DNA of 64,000 nucleotides from Candidatus Saccharimonadia bacterium (lineage in GTDB: Bacteria > Patescibacteriota > Saccharimonadia > UBA4664 > SCTI01). Under the pieces are notes generated by a model that ran no database searches, was not told where the DNA came from, and saw only the letters and a program-made list of their open reading frames with translations. The DNA lies in NCBI GenBank assembly GCA_046597065.1, contig JBKJLI010000002.1, positions 116,071-180,070 on the forward strand, given 5' to 3'. Positions 1-10,292 of the stretch are shown here, piece by piece. A program made the translations under genes and the position numbers. The first letter of the stretch is position 1; each line of letters begins with the position of its first letter.

Positions 1-227
1 ATAACGGCGGTAAGTTTCAAACTGATCAACTAACTAAAGCTGTAGAAATTCGCAATCAAAAACCCGATATTGAAATTGGTGTCGATGGGGGCGTTACTGA
101 TAAAAACGCTGCCCTAATAAGTTTGCAGGGAGTCGACGTACTTTATGTAGGTGGTTTTTTGCAATCGGCGGAGGACCCTCAGGCTGCCTTAGCCGAGATT
201 GATAATCAAGTTGGTATTAAAAAATGA
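1..227 (+). CDS. rpe: Ribulose-phosphate 3-epimerase, C-terminal fragment (5' end outside window)
   Basis: The in-frame translation ends ...IGVDGGVTDKNAALISLQGVDVLYVGGFLQSAEDP...GIKK*. The GVDGG and G(A/V)DVLV(A/G)GS-like motifs match the Rpe C-terminus. The stop overlaps the tkt start (ATGA). Confidence 0.6.
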   Translation, partial: NGGKFQTDQLTKAVEIRNQKPDIEIGVDGGVTDKNAALISLQGVDVLYVGGFLQSAEDPQAALAEIDNQVGIKK

Positions 228-1099
228 CAATTAACGATTTAGAAAAACAGGCTACAGTAATTCGCGAAGATATTATTGAGATGCTTGTGGCAGCTGGTAG
301 TGGCCACTCCGCCGGATCATTGGGCATGGCCGATGTATTCACGGCGCTATATTTTGAAATACTAAATCATGATCCAAAAAAACCAGACTGGCCCGACCGT
401 GATCGTTTGATCTTGTCTAATGGTCATATTGTGCCAGTGCGTTACGCCACTATGGCAAGAGCTGGGTATTTTCCGGTTAGTGAACTCAAAACTTTACGAA
501 AGCTTGGCACCCGGTTGCAAGGGCACCCCGAGCGCATGCGGTTGCCTGGGCTAGAAACAACTAGTGGTCCGCTTGGCTCTGGGTTAAGTGCTGCCTGTGG
601 CATTGCACTGGCTTTACGTATGGACGGCAAGCAACACAGCCGAGTTTACTGCGCCACCGGTGACGGCGAGCTAGACGAAGGTAATATTTGGGAAGCGGTA
701 ATGTTTGCGTCTAAGTATCGCTTGAATGGGCTCACTGTTATTGTCGATCGCAATAATATCCAGATTGATGGACCAACCGAATCGGTGATGCCATTAGGCG
801 ATGTAGGCGATAAGTTTAAGGCATTTGGTTGGCATGTTTTGGAGGTCGACGGACACAATATCCAAGCAATTATTGATGCCTGTAATCTTGCCAACGCGGT
901 CGAAGATCGCCCAACGGTAATTGTGGCTCGAACAATACCGGGTAAGGGAGTCGGTTATATGGAATATGATTACCGTTGGCATGGCAACCCTCCGGGCACA
1001 TTAGAGTTGGAAGGCGATCCGCCAAAGGCAGACCAAGCCAAAGTAGCTTTGCATGATTTGCGAACCCTTGGCGGCCGAATTAGGGGTGAGCATGAGTAA
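224..1099 (+). CDS. Transketolase, N-terminal (thiamine-diphosphate-binding) subunit of a split transketolase
   Basis: 291 aa. GSGHSAGSLG, GDGELDEGNIWEA and the DRNNIQIDG motif match the transketolase N-terminal half. It is followed 16 nt later by the C-terminal half as a separate ORF. Confidence 0.85.
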   Translation: MTINDLEKQATVIREDIIEMLVAAGSGHSAGSLGMADVFTALYFEILNHDPKKPDWPDRDRLILSNGHIVPVRYATMARAGYFPVSELKTLRKLGTRLQGHPERMRLPGLETTSGPLGSGLSAACGIALALRMDGKQHSRVYCATGDGELDEGNIWEAVMFASKYRLNGLTVIVDRNNIQIDGPTESVMPLGDVGDKFKAFGWHVLEVDGHNIQAIIDACNLANAVEDRPTVIVARTIPGKGVGYMEYDYRWHGNPPGTLELEGDPPKADQAKVALHDLRTLGGRIRGEHE

Positions 1100-1114
1100 T
1101 TTGAGGATTAATGC

Positions 1115-2101
1115 ATGTTAAATCATGTTCAAAAGTTGGCAGCCGATGTTTTGAGCCCTGATGTTAAGCAGGAGCCTATTCGTAATGGTTTTGGTCGTGG
1201 GCTGGTAACTGCCGCCGAAAACAACCCATCGATAGTGGCCCTTTGTGCCGACCTAACCGCCTCTACTAAAATGGACGCATTTGCCAAACGCTTTCCCGAG
1301 CGGTTTGTTGAGGTTGGCATTGCCGAGCAGAATTTAGTTACGGTTGCATCGGGTATGGCCCTTACGGGGAAAATTCCATTTGCATCCAGCTACGCCGCCT
1401 TTTCACCCGGCCGAAACTGGGAGCAAATCCGTACATCAGTTTGTCTTAACGAAACGAACGTAAAAATCGTTGGCTCACATGCTGGTGTTTCAGTCGGCCC
1501 AGACGGTGCAACCCACCAAATATTAGAAGACATCGCTTTAATGAGAGTGCTTCCAAACATGACGGTTGTGGTTCCTTGCGATAGCGTTGAGGCCGAAAAA
1601 GCAACCATTGCTATAGCTAGCCAAAGCGGGGGTGCTTATTTGCGGTTAGCTCGCGAAAAATCACCGGTTATTACCACCGCTGATTCGCCATTTCATCTTG
1701 GTAAGGTTCAAGTGTTACGTGAAGGCACCGATCTAACGATAGTGGCCTGTGGCGTCATGGTATACCAATCTCTACTGGCTGCCGAGGCGCTATCTAAAAA
1801 GGGGATTGAGGCAGAGGTTATTAACTGCGCGATTATTAAGCCACTCGATACGGTTGGGTTGCTGGCCTCAATTCGAAAAACCGGTCGGGTACTGACCTGC
1901 GAGGAAGGTCAGATTGCCGGTGGTATGGGATCGGCAATAGCCGAATTGATTAGCGAACAGTATCCGGCGCCGCTTAAGCGCATTGGCATTCGTGATCATT
2001 TTGGCGAAAGTGGAAAGCCCGAAGAGCTGTATGAGCATTTTGGCCTAACTGCGCCACACATTGCAAAAGCCGCCCAAGAGCTAATAAAAAAGGATAAATA
2101 G
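1115..2101 (+). CDS. Transketolase, C-terminal (pyrimidine-binding/C-terminal domain) subunit
   Basis: 328 aa. EVGIAEQNLVTVASGMA and the C-terminal regulatory domain (GSAIAELI...) are typical of TktB/C-terminal subunit proteins. Confidence 0.85.
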   Translation: MLNHVQKLAADVLSPDVKQEPIRNGFGRGLVTAAENNPSIVALCADLTASTKMDAFAKRFPERFVEVGIAEQNLVTVASGMALTGKIPFASSYAAFSPGRNWEQIRTSVCLNETNVKIVGSHAGVSVGPDGATHQILEDIALMRVLPNMTVVVPCDSVEAEKATIAIASQSGGAYLRLAREKSPVITTADSPFHLGKVQVLREGTDLTIVACGVMVYQSLLAAEALSKKGIEAEVINCAIIKPLDTVGLLASIRKTGRVLTCEEGQIAGGMGSAIAELISEQYPAPLKRIGIRDHFGESGKPEELYEHFGLTAPHIAKAAQELIKKDK

Positions 2102-2986
2102 ATGACCGAAAATATAAAAAAAGCTCGCGAAATGTATGACCGTGCCCGGGCCGAAAAATTCGCCATTGGTGCTTTTAACATCGATAACCAGGAAACCATG
2201 ATTGCAGTAGCTCGCGCTGCCAAAGCACAGAACGCCCCGGTTATGGTAGAGGCAAGTGATGGCGAGGTTAAAGCTTTAGGCTTGAAAAACATTCGTGACA
2301 TGGTAGATAACTACAGTGCAGAGTATGGCGTAACCATGTTCATAAACTTAGACCACAGCCCGACGGTAGAAGCCTGTAAGGCTGCAATTGATGCTGGTTT
2401 TGAGTTTATACATATTGATATTTCACAGGCCAACCATGACGCCAGCGATGAGGATATTATCAAAGCAACCGAAGAAGTTGTGCGCTATGCCGCCAAAACC
2501 GGTGCACTAGTAGAAAGCGAACCGCACTACTTTGGAGGTAGCTCTAATTTGCATAAAGAGACCATCGATTATGTTGAAATTAAGAAAACATTTTCTACGC
2601 CACAAGGAGCCAAGGCGTTTGTGAATGCTACCGGCATTGATACCTTCGCCGCTGCCATTGGCAATCTTCATGGTAAATACCCAGTGCCAAAAGAGTTAGA
2701 CATCGCTCTGCTGGAACAGATTCGGTCTTCAATCGGCTGTGCAATTAGTTTACATGGGGGATCGGGGACTCCTGATCACTTTTATAAAGAGGCGGTGAGA
2801 GCCGGTGTTACAAAAATTAACATTAACTCTGATATGCGTATTGCCTATCGCAATACACTTGAGCAGCAACTAAAAGCCAACCCAGATGAGTATGCAGTAG
2901 TTAAGTTAATCCCGGCGGTGATTGACGCGGTGCAGGCGGTGGTTGAGCATAAGATAGAAATGTTCAATTCGGCAGGCAAGGCCTGA
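2102..2986 (+). CDS. fba: Class II fructose-bisphosphate aldolase (ketose-bisphosphate aldolase family)
   Basis: 294 aa. FNIDNQE..., LDHS, IHIDISQ, LHGGSG and KININSD motifs match class II FBA/tagatose-bisphosphate aldolase. It directly follows the tkt stop. Confidence 0.85.
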   Translation: MTENIKKAREMYDRARAEKFAIGAFNIDNQETMIAVARAAKAQNAPVMVEASDGEVKALGLKNIRDMVDNYSAEYGVTMFINLDHSPTVEACKAAIDAGFEFIHIDISQANHDASDEDIIKATEEVVRYAAKTGALVESEPHYFGGSSNLHKETIDYVEIKKTFSTPQGAKAFVNATGIDTFAAAIGNLHGKYPVPKELDIALLEQIRSSIGCAISLHGGSGTPDHFYKEAVRAGVTKININSDMRIAYRNTLEQQLKANPDEYAVVKLIPAVIDAVQAVVEHKIEMFNSAGKA

Positions 2987-3054
2987 AACAGACTAAAAAT
3001 TTTCAGTCGGAGCTAATCACAGCTAGTAAGAAGCTATCTGCAAACGACTATAAT

Positions 3055-3624
3055 TTGTCGAATGTAATTAAACGGGTAGGTCCATGCACTTTATCGCCGC
3101 ATACCGATTATTGGCGTGAGCTAGTAGACTCGATAATAAGTCAACAGCTAAGCATTAAAGCTTCGGCTACAATTGTTAAGCGGTTTGCTCGGCTAGGCTT
3201 AGGGAATTTTCCAACACCAAAAGAAGTTTTGGGGTTGGAGTTTGATGTACTGCGGTCGGTTGGTATGTCTGGTGCAAAGGCCAACTATGTCCAGGATTTA
3301 GCAAGGCATGTGTTGGATAGAAGAATTGATCTAGAGAGCTTGCCAACGCTTAGTAATGAAGAAATCATAACGGTATTGACCGATGTTAAGGGCATTGGAG
3401 AGTGGACGGCGCATATGTTCTTAATATTTAGCCTTAGAAGACTCGATGTATTGCCAACTGGGGATCTAGGCGTCAGACGAGGAATGCGAATACTTTATGA
3501 GCTCAATGAGCTACCAAATCCAATCGAGATGCAATCGATATCAGCCCATTGTGGTTGGATGGGATATGAGTCGGTCGCTGCCTGGTACTTATGGCGGGTG
3601 GTTGACCAACCACATCCAGATTGA
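3055..3624 (+). CDS. HhH-GPD superfamily DNA glycosylase (AlkA-like 3-methyladenine DNA glycosylase II)
   Basis: 189 aa with a TTG start. A helix-hairpin-helix LTDVKGIGEWTAHMFL is followed by a Gly/Asp-rich loop (LPTGDLGVRRG), the HhH-GPD signature with catalytic Asp. The size fits a minimal AlkA/MagIII-type enzyme. Confidence 0.65.
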   Translation: MSNVIKRVGPCTLSPHTDYWRELVDSIISQQLSIKASATIVKRFARLGLGNFPTPKEVLGLEFDVLRSVGMSGAKANYVQDLARHVLDRRIDLESLPTLSNEEIITVLTDVKGIGEWTAHMFLIFSLRRLDVLPTGDLGVRRGMRILYELNELPNPIEMQSISAHCGWMGYESVAAWYLWRVVDQPHPD

Positions 3625-3697
3625 CAGCCTTCGCGGGAGCAATCATAATTAAGCTTAAGTATTATAAAAAATAAAATAAAAAAGCAAACTATCAGAT

Positions 3698-4672
3698 ATG
3701 GAACCAAGCGAAATTAGAATAATGTCGATCGGAGCGGCGTCGCAAGATGTCCTGGTTTCGGGTCGTGATTTGCACGCTAAGCGTGACGTGCGTACTCATG
3801 CTTACATTGAACAGTTCCCTTTAGGTGCAAAGCTTGAACTTGATCGGGTAGTATTTGATACCGGTGGCGGTGCCACTAACGCGGCGGTGACATTTGCACG
3901 CCAAGGATTTAAAACCGGATTTGCGGGTAAGATTGGCCGCGACCCAGCTGGCGCCGAAGTCTTACGGGTGCTTAAACGCGAAGGTATCGATACAAGCCAC
4001 GTTCATGTTGGCGATCGACAAACCACTGCTTATTCGGTAATTTTATTAGCCGACAACGGGGAGCGCACTATTTTAGCATTGCGTGGCGCCTCGGCTCATT
4101 TGCGCTCGGAGGATTTTTATAAAGGCCCAGAAATTAAGGCCGACTGGTTATATATTTCTTCGGTGGCCGGCAATATGGATCTACTTAAACGCCTGATAGT
4201 TCATGCCCATAATCGTGGTACCAAAGTTGCAATTAACCCCGGCCGCGGCGAGTTGGCCGAGCCTAAAAAATTACGTGATTTGCTTAGTGGGGTCGAAGTT
4301 CTACTGGCTAATCGCGAAGAGTTGCAGCGATTATTCGGTGGCGAAAAACCAACCGATACTCTACTTAATGCTATGGGTCACTGCCCATATGTGGTTTTGA
4401 CTGACGGACCTAAGGGTAGTTATGCCACCAACGGCCATAGCATTACCTTTGCTGGCCAGTACAAAAAAGTGCCGGTTATTGATCGCACCGGAGCCGGCGA
4501 TGCCTTTAACTCCGGATTTGTAGCAGCCATTGCCAGAGGCTGGTCGATTGAAGACGCCTTAACATTAGGCAGCGCCAACTCTACCTCGGTAGTTCAGGTT
4601 GTTGGCGCTAAGGGTGGAATCTTACGCGGCGCCAAGGTAAAGCGGATGAAGGTCCAACGGGTCGCGATTTAA
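3698..4672 (+). CDS. PfkB-family carbohydrate kinase (ribokinase-like)
   Basis: 324 aa. An N-terminal GG motif (FDTGGGATNAAV) and a C-terminal DTTGAGD-type motif (DRTGAGDAFNSGF) are diagnostic of the ribokinase/PfkB superfamily. Confidence 0.75.
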   Translation: MEPSEIRIMSIGAASQDVLVSGRDLHAKRDVRTHAYIEQFPLGAKLELDRVVFDTGGGATNAAVTFARQGFKTGFAGKIGRDPAGAEVLRVLKREGIDTSHVHVGDRQTTAYSVILLADNGERTILALRGASAHLRSEDFYKGPEIKADWLYISSVAGNMDLLKRLIVHAHNRGTKVAINPGRGELAEPKKLRDLLSGVEVLLANREELQRLFGGEKPTDTLLNAMGHCPYVVLTDGPKGSYATNGHSITFAGQYKKVPVIDRTGAGDAFNSGFVAAIARGWSIEDALTLGSANSTSVVQVVGAKGGILRGAKVKRMKVQRVAI

Positions 4673-5901
4673 TGAGCTTATTAGCTACCTTACTGATGGC
4701 TAAGGAGCCATTACTTGATCAAGCTTTAGCCCAACTAGAAAAGCGCACTGGTAAAAAAGGCGTCGATGTAAAGCTAACCGCCGAACTTGCCGAAAAGTCG
4801 GCCAAAATGACTAAGTTGATGGGGTTAAGGCCGGATTGTAGCGGCGAAGAGCTGTATCTTGCTTTGCTTAAAAAAATTAAAGAGCAAGATGCACATTTAG
4901 CCACTACTATTGGTGGACGCGATGCCGAAGATGTTAACGAAATGATTCCACTGGCACTGCGGCGGCTGGAGCAGATTCAGATGCCCCGTAATTGCTTTGC
5001 ACTTAAATACTCAAAGGCCGCCGAGATGCTTGTAAAACGGCAGCCGGAACAGTTAATGAAGCGGCTAGGATATACCGATGCTGCTACCATGGTGGCCAAC
5101 GAAGATTTGGCGGAGCTTTTCATAGCCATTCGTTTTACCGAAGGGCCAGATTGGTTAAATGATTTCAATACCGTTTATGAGGATTTAAAAAGCAGTGACT
5201 TTGAAGAACGGCCAATTAAACTGGTGCGCTTTGATGCTAAGAAATGGGGTGATGTAGCCGCTCATTTCATCGATAAAAAGAAACACATCAACACCCATTC
5301 CAAAGAGCTTGGCGTAGTAGCAATCTTGCCTCCACCGCATCCACATATGAAGGCAATAACCCTAAAAGTCATTACTCTAACGCTGCATTACTTTAATGAA
5401 GTACGACTATATAGTGCCTACTTTAAGCTATTATCCGGCCGCCCACATTTTGGCCATATTCTAAGCGAAACCTTAATTGCCGATACACCGCACGTGCAAC
5501 TAATTGAGCATCATAAAATTCACTGGCGAGTGATCCAGCGTTATTATGGAAAGATTGGCGAGGGCGATAAGCACCCGGAAATTTTTCAGCCTCATTTACA
5601 GCCAGAAGACCTTCACTGGCGTTCGGCTGAAAAGATTTTGTATCAGATAGACCCAGAGATGAATATTTGGCAAGATATGGACTATGTTGGGGTGCTGAAG
5701 GGGAGCGATATTGTCACTTTCAACCTTATGGATATTGCCTTGGCATATGCCAACGAGATTCCCTTTGAAGAGCGCTATTTGTATCACTTTCGCGAGTCGT
5801 TGTGGAATGAGGTGTTTGCTCGCTATATGGGTAACAAGCTTTTACGTGAACAGTTATTGAATAAGCTCGATAATGCTATCGTAAAACCGGAAATGCTATG
5901 A
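4672..5901 (+). CDS. Hypothetical protein (409 aa, soluble, His-rich central region)
   Basis: A long ORF with non-repetitive composition. Its ATGA overlap with the upstream gene and its stop overlapping the next start suggest translational coupling. No motif is recognised. Confidence 0.5.
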   Translation: MSLLATLLMAKEPLLDQALAQLEKRTGKKGVDVKLTAELAEKSAKMTKLMGLRPDCSGEELYLALLKKIKEQDAHLATTIGGRDAEDVNEMIPLALRRLEQIQMPRNCFALKYSKAAEMLVKRQPEQLMKRLGYTDAATMVANEDLAELFIAIRFTEGPDWLNDFNTVYEDLKSSDFEERPIKLVRFDAKKWGDVAAHFIDKKKHINTHSKELGVVAILPPPHPHMKAITLKVITLTLHYFNEVRLYSAYFKLLSGRPHFGHILSETLIADTPHVQLIEHHKIHWRVIQRYYGKIGEGDKHPEIFQPHLQPEDLHWRSAEKILYQIDPEMNIWQDMDYVGVLKGSDIVTFNLMDIALAYANEIPFEERYLYHFRESLWNEVFARYMGNKLLREQLLNKLDNAIVKPEML

Positions 5902-6461
5902 AAACCGCTCCACATAGTCGCTATCCATATCAAATCTGCGTGTCGGGCGCGGCTAAGGGAACAACGGTTAATGGCGCGCACTTATTGGCCGAAGCAGCTG
6001 GCCGCAGAATAGCCGAACGGGGCCATGTTTGCTTAACGGGGGCCACTAGCGGGCTGCCCGACCACGCCGCCAAGGGAGCCAAAGAGGCGGGCGGCGTTTC
6101 GATAGGGTTTTCGCCGGCCGCATCACGACGCGACCACGTAAAAAGCTACAAGCTGCCGACAAAGTATTATGACAGCATTTTGTGTACTGGCTTTGAATAC
6201 ACCGGTCGCGATTTACTACTGGTGCGCTCTAGCGACGCCATTATTACGATTGGTGGGCGGATAGGTACCTTGCAAGAGTTTGCGGTGGCCTTTGAAGAAA
6301 AGACGCCAATTGGTATTGTGGTTGGTTCAGGCGGAGTTACCGATGTAATCAAAGTTATCTTAAAAGCCGCCAAGCGCAATCGTCACACCGTACTTTATGA
6401 TGAAGACCCAGCTAAGTTGGTCGATCAAATGATTGAGATACTTGGCCAACGCGATAAATAA
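5898..6461 (+). CDS. LOG/TIGR00725-family Rossmann-fold nucleotide-binding protein
   Basis: 187 aa. TGATSGLPD and GGRIGTLQEFAVAFEE motifs (PGGxGTxEE-like) are characteristic of the LOG family (putative lysine-decarboxylase / cytokinin riboside 5'-monophosphate phosphoribohydrolase). Confidence 0.6.
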   Translation: MKTAPHSRYPYQICVSGAAKGTTVNGAHLLAEAAGRRIAERGHVCLTGATSGLPDHAAKGAKEAGGVSIGFSPAASRRDHVKSYKLPTKYYDSILCTGFEYTGRDLLLVRSSDAIITIGGRIGTLQEFAVAFEEKTPIGIVVGSGGVTDVIKVILKAAKRNRHTVLYDEDPAKLVDQMIEILGQRDK

Positions 6462-6478
6462 GTTCAAAAATGGGAAAA

Positions 6479-6519
6479 GCCTGAAAACGTTGATCCGTCT
6501 TACGACGGCATTTTCAGGC
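6479..6519 (+). terminator. Stem-loop downstream of the LOG-family gene
   Basis: GCCTGAAAACG...CGTTTTCAGGC-like inverted repeat (gcctgaaaacgttgatccgtcttacgacggcattttcaggc) 18 nt after the stop. There is no clean T-run. Confidence 0.4.
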
Positions 6520-6560
6520 TTGGGGTAGCACCCCTCCGTTCCCTCTGCGATCCCGCAGTT

Positions 6561-6785
6561 TTAGCTCTTGCCTCTTTTCCTTCGAGGAATGAAGATGTAT
6601 GCGAGAACGATGATGAAGATGAAGACACCAAAGGTGTCAACGAACTTCACGGTGGCGACCATCGCCAGCTGGAGGAGGAAGTATCCTCCGATCAACATGA
6701 CAGCCAGTGCCACGATTGCGTGCAGCCAGCTCTGGACCGCCCAGTCGAACGCCTGTCGAATGATCGAGGGGTTGTTGTTCGGCAT
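6561..6785 (-). CDS. Small membrane protein (74 aa) in a high-GC islet; 2 predicted TM helices, basic C-terminus (PRRKRGKS)
   Basis: The ORF has a strong G/C third-codon-position bias (CCG AAC AAC AAC CCC TCG ATC...) unlike flanking genes. The product is hydrophobic. An AAAGGT SD sits 6 nt upstream. Confidence 0.5.
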   Translation of the reverse strand: MPNNNPSIIRQAFDWAVQSWLHAIVALAVMLIGGYFLLQLAMVATVKFVDTFGVFIFIIVLAYIFIPRRKRGKS

Positions 6786-6980
6786 ATCGTACCTTTCTGA
6801 GATCGGTCAATGGTGGCTGCGATAAGCGGCCACATGGAGGGGCTGAAGTTTGAGGTGCTACATTGCCAGATTGTGCTGAAAGCGTAAATTTGACAATAGG
6901 CAATAGTACTACAAATACTACAAGAAGTCAATAGCACTTATGGTTCACGGCACTTGTTAATGCTTGTATAATTAAATGTT

Positions 6981-8972
6981 ATGACTCAGTTCAAACTCTC
7001 GAGTAAATATCTGCCAGCCGGTGATCAGCCCTCTGCTATCGCTCAGCTTAATGACGGCCTAAAACGCGGCGATAAAGAGCAGACATTGCTAGGTGTAACT
7101 GGGTCCGGTAAAACCTTTACCATGGCCAATATTATCCAACAGCAGCAACGGCCGACATTGATCTTAAGCCATAATAAGACCTTAGCTGCACAGCTTTATG
7201 GCGAGTTTAAGCAGTTTTTCCCAGATAATGCTGTTCAATACTTTGTTAGTTATTACGATTACTATCAACCAGAGGCTTATATACCCCGAAGCGACACATT
7301 TATCGAAAAAGATAGCGCCATTAATGAAGAAATCGATAGGCTGCGTCATGCAGCTACGATGAGCCTGTTGAGTCGCAAAGATGTAATAATTGTGGCTTCG
7401 GTAAGCTGTATTTACGGCCTAGGTAACCCAGGCGACTACATGAGTATGACGGTCGACGTAAAGGTGGGCGAGACGCGCAAACGCGACAAGCTGCTGCGCC
7501 TGCTCACCGATATTCAGTACAGCCGCAATGACATGAACTTTACGCGCGGGACTTTTAGGGTTCGTGGAGATACGGTTGAGATTTTTCCGGCCGGCGACGA
7601 GACTGCTTTTCGGGTGGAGTTTTATGGCGACGAGGTTGAACGCATTCGCCAGGTGGACCCATTAACGGGGGAGGTTATTGCCGACCGTAAGGACTTAAAA
7701 GTTTTTCCAGCCAAGCACTTTGTGACACCCAATGAAAAGTTAATGAAAGCAATTGGTGGGGTAAATACCGAGCTAGCCACGCGAGTGGCGGAACTAAAAG
7801 TTCAGAATAAACTAATCGAAGCCCAGCGCCTAGAGCAGCGCACCAAATTTGATATGGAGATGCTAGAACAGACCGGATTTGTTGGCGGCATTGAAAACTA
7901 CTCGCGTTATCTAGGCAGCCGTGAGCCGGGTGAACAGCCGGCAACACTGATCGACTACTTTCCAGATGATTTTTTGCTTTTTGTTGATGAAAGCCATATC
8001 ACTATTCCTCAGGTACGGGGGATGTTTAATGGTGATCGTGCTCGCAAAGAAACGCTCGTCAATTATGGCTTTCGATTGCCAAGTGCTTTAGACAACCGTC
8101 CACTTCGTTTTGATGAGTTTGAGCGCCACATCAATCAAGCTATTTACGTTTCGGCGACCCCGGCGCCGTGGGAGCTTGAGCGTTCAGTGCAGGTGGCGCG
8201 GCAAATAATTCGACCCACTGGGTTGCTAGATCCAGAAATTGAAGTAAGGCCGGTTGAGCATCAGATTGATGATTTGATAAAAGAGATTCGTTCAACAGTA
8301 GCCAAAAAACAGCGGGTGCTGGTGACTACCCTAACCAAGAGGATGGCCGAGGATCTAACAACCTATTTACAAGAGAGCGGCATAAAGGTGCAGTACCTGC
8401 ATTCAGAGATAAATACTCTGGACAGAGTTGATATTCTGCATGATTTACGTAGCGGTGTGTTTGACGTTGTGGTTGGTATTAATCTGCTACGCGAGGGCCT
8501 AGATTTGCCGGAAGTCAGCCTGGTGGCAATTATCGATGCCGACAAAGAGGGTTTTTTGCGCAGTGAGTCGGCCTTAATGCAAACCATTGGTCGCGCCGCC
8601 CGCCATGTTGAAGGAAGAGTGATTATGTACGCCGACAACATTACACGTTCTATGAAGGCGGCTATCGACACTACAATTGAGAGGCGGAAAATTCAGGGTG
8701 CATATAATGAACAGCATGGAGTTACCGCAACCGGTATTAAAAAGGCGTTAGCCGAGCGCATGCAGGCCGAAGAGGCTGCCGAGACCGCCGATATAAAGCC
8801 GCTAAATATTAAGGACATACCCAAAGATGAACGCAAACACTTGCTAGACGAACTAGGGATGCAAATGCAGATGGCGGCCGAAAACCTACAGTTTGAAAAA
8901 GCCGGGGCATTACGTGACCAAATTGAGGAAATTAAGGCAGCTACCGCGGCCACTAAAAGGCCCAAAATCTAA
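6981..8972 (+). CDS. uvrB: Excinuclease ABC subunit B
   Basis: 663 aa. Walker [11 protein letters not shown], helicase motifs, and a C-terminal UVR domain ([17 protein letters not shown]). Confidence 0.95.
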   Translation: MTQFKLSSKYLPAGDQPSAIAQLNDGLKRGDKEQTLLGVTGSGKTFTMANIIQQQQRPTLILSHNKTLAAQLYGEFKQFFPDNAVQYFVSYYDYYQPEAYIPRSDTFIEKDSAINEEIDRLRHAATMSLLSRKDVIIVASVSCIYGLGNPGDYMSMTVDVKVGETRKRDKLLRLLTDIQYSRNDMNFTRGTFRVRGDTVEIFPAGDETAFRVEFYGDEVERIRQVDPLTGEVIADRKDLKVFPAKHFVTPNEKLMKAIGGVNTELATRVAELKVQNKLIEAQRLEQRTKFDMEMLEQTGFVGGIENYSRYLGSREPGEQPATLIDYFPDDFLLFVDESHITIPQVRGMFNGDRARKETLVNYGFRLPSALDNRPLRFDEFERHINQAIYVSATPAPWELERSVQVARQIIRPTGLLDPEIEVRPVEHQIDDLIKEIRSTVAKKQRVLVTTLTKRMAEDLTTYLQESGIKVQYLHSEINTLDRVDILHDLRSGVFDVVVGINLLREGLDLPEVSLVAIIDADKEGFLRSESALMQTIGRAARHVEGRVIMYADNITRSMKAAIDTTIERRKIQGAYNEQHGVTATGIKKALAERMQAEEAAETADIKPLNIKDIPKDERKHLLDELGMQMQMAAENLQFEKAGALRDQIEEIKAATAATKRPKI

Positions 8973-9037
8973 GATCTGGATTGACAGCATAAGCGGTTTG
9001 CCAGATAATTTAGGCAATATACACAAGGAAAAATCCA

Positions 9038-9751
9038 GTGCATCCCGAACTTAATAAATATATTGCTGATAAGCGTACCCATGGGCTGAGCGATGAAGCC
9101 ATAAAAGATAATTTAGTTGCGGGTGGCTGGAATGAAACCACCGTTAGCGCGGCTTTACGGGGTGATGCCAGCGAGGTTCCGGCACCTCCTCCGCCCCCAG
9201 CAGGTCCTGTAGTTAGCCCCATAGCAGCAGGTGGGCAGCCAGCACCGGTAGCCGTGGTACAAAACTTCACCACTACCGGGCTGGAATACATTATTATGTT
9301 TATTAGTTTGTGGGTAACCGCTACCTCGATCGGTTTTCTGGCGCATGAAATGGTGAATAACGCGCTGGCCAACGATACCAGTAACACCTACAGTTTTGCT
9401 GGATTTGATCAGATGTCGGTAGCCGCTCTAATTGTTTCCCTGCCAATATTTACGATACTATTCCTGAGGTTAAAAAAGCGCGAAAACAACGATGCCTCAA
9501 TAAAAAATGATCCATCTCGCAAAAAAGCGGTGCAATTAACTTTAATTGTAACTTTTCTAACTGGCTTGCTTAACGTCATCGGTTATATTTATGGCCTTCT
9601 AACCCCTGCCACAAGTGGTACTAGCGATTATATCGGGATTGGGGCATCTACACAGGGCGGCATCATCAATCTTGCTCATACGCTCATTACTTTGCTGATT
9701 GCCGGCGGTATTTTCGCTTATTATTGGCACGATGAACACAAAAAAGACTAA
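9038..9751 (+). CDS. Hypothetical membrane protein with N-terminal soluble domain and Pro-rich linker (PAPPPPPAGPVVSP)
   Basis: 237 aa with a GTG start and an AAGGA SD. About 4 predicted TM helices follow a proline/alanine-rich low-complexity linker. Confidence 0.5.
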   Translation: MHPELNKYIADKRTHGLSDEAIKDNLVAGGWNETTVSAALRGDASEVPAPPPPPAGPVVSPIAAGGQPAPVAVVQNFTTTGLEYIIMFISLWVTATSIGFLAHEMVNNALANDTSNTYSFAGFDQMSVAALIVSLPIFTILFLRLKKRENNDASIKNDPSRKKAVQLTLIVTFLTGLLNVIGYIYGLLTPATSGTSDYIGIGASTQGGIINLAHTLITLLIAGGIFAYYWHDEHKKD

Positions 9752-9756
9752 CTGAA

Positions 9757-10227
9757 ATGCGAAAGTATTACTTAGGCATCGCATTTATCTGGGTACTAGC
9801 GGCGGGTATAATCTCTATTCATTATTTTGGACAGGCTGGGAAGGTAGAGGATGTCCAAAGGTTGGAGGACTTAACCTCAATTAACGACCGTGTTAGTGCA
9901 TATATCGAAAAGAACAATAAGCTTCCGGATAAGCTTGGCGACGTACAACTCAATACATTAAAACGAAGTTCGAGCGAATATGAATATATCAAAGGATCGA
10001 GCACTGTAGCTGATCAGGTGGAATATCAACTTTGCGCAACTTTTAGCAAATCAAATGGGTATATCCCTGCGACTAGTGGCCAGGATGATTATTTAAGTGG
10101 CGGTACCACCAGCCACAAAGCCGGTCGTCAGTGCTTTACTTTGACTCAATATGTGGCACCGAATGAGACTATTCGCCCTGGTCAACCATCAATTTTCAGC
10201 CCTACCCCTACTCAACAAGTCCGTTAA
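9757..10227 (+). CDS. Hypothetical N-terminally membrane-anchored protein
   Basis: 156 aa with a single N-terminal TM/signal-anchor (LGIAFIWVLAAGIISI) and an extracytoplasmic-looking Ser/Thr/Gly-rich remainder. It lies 6 nt after the preceding ORF. Confidence 0.5.
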   Translation: MRKYYLGIAFIWVLAAGIISIHYFGQAGKVEDVQRLEDLTSINDRVSAYIEKNNKLPDKLGDVQLNTLKRSSSEYEYIKGSSTVADQVEYQLCATFSKSNGYIPATSGQDDYLSGGTTSHKAGRQCFTLTQYVAPNETIRPGQPSIFSPTPTQQVR

Positions 10228-10292
10228 ATAGAAAGACCCCAACTTCCTCGCCAGGGTTGGGCCCATAGTAATAATTTGTCCCAATCGTTACT

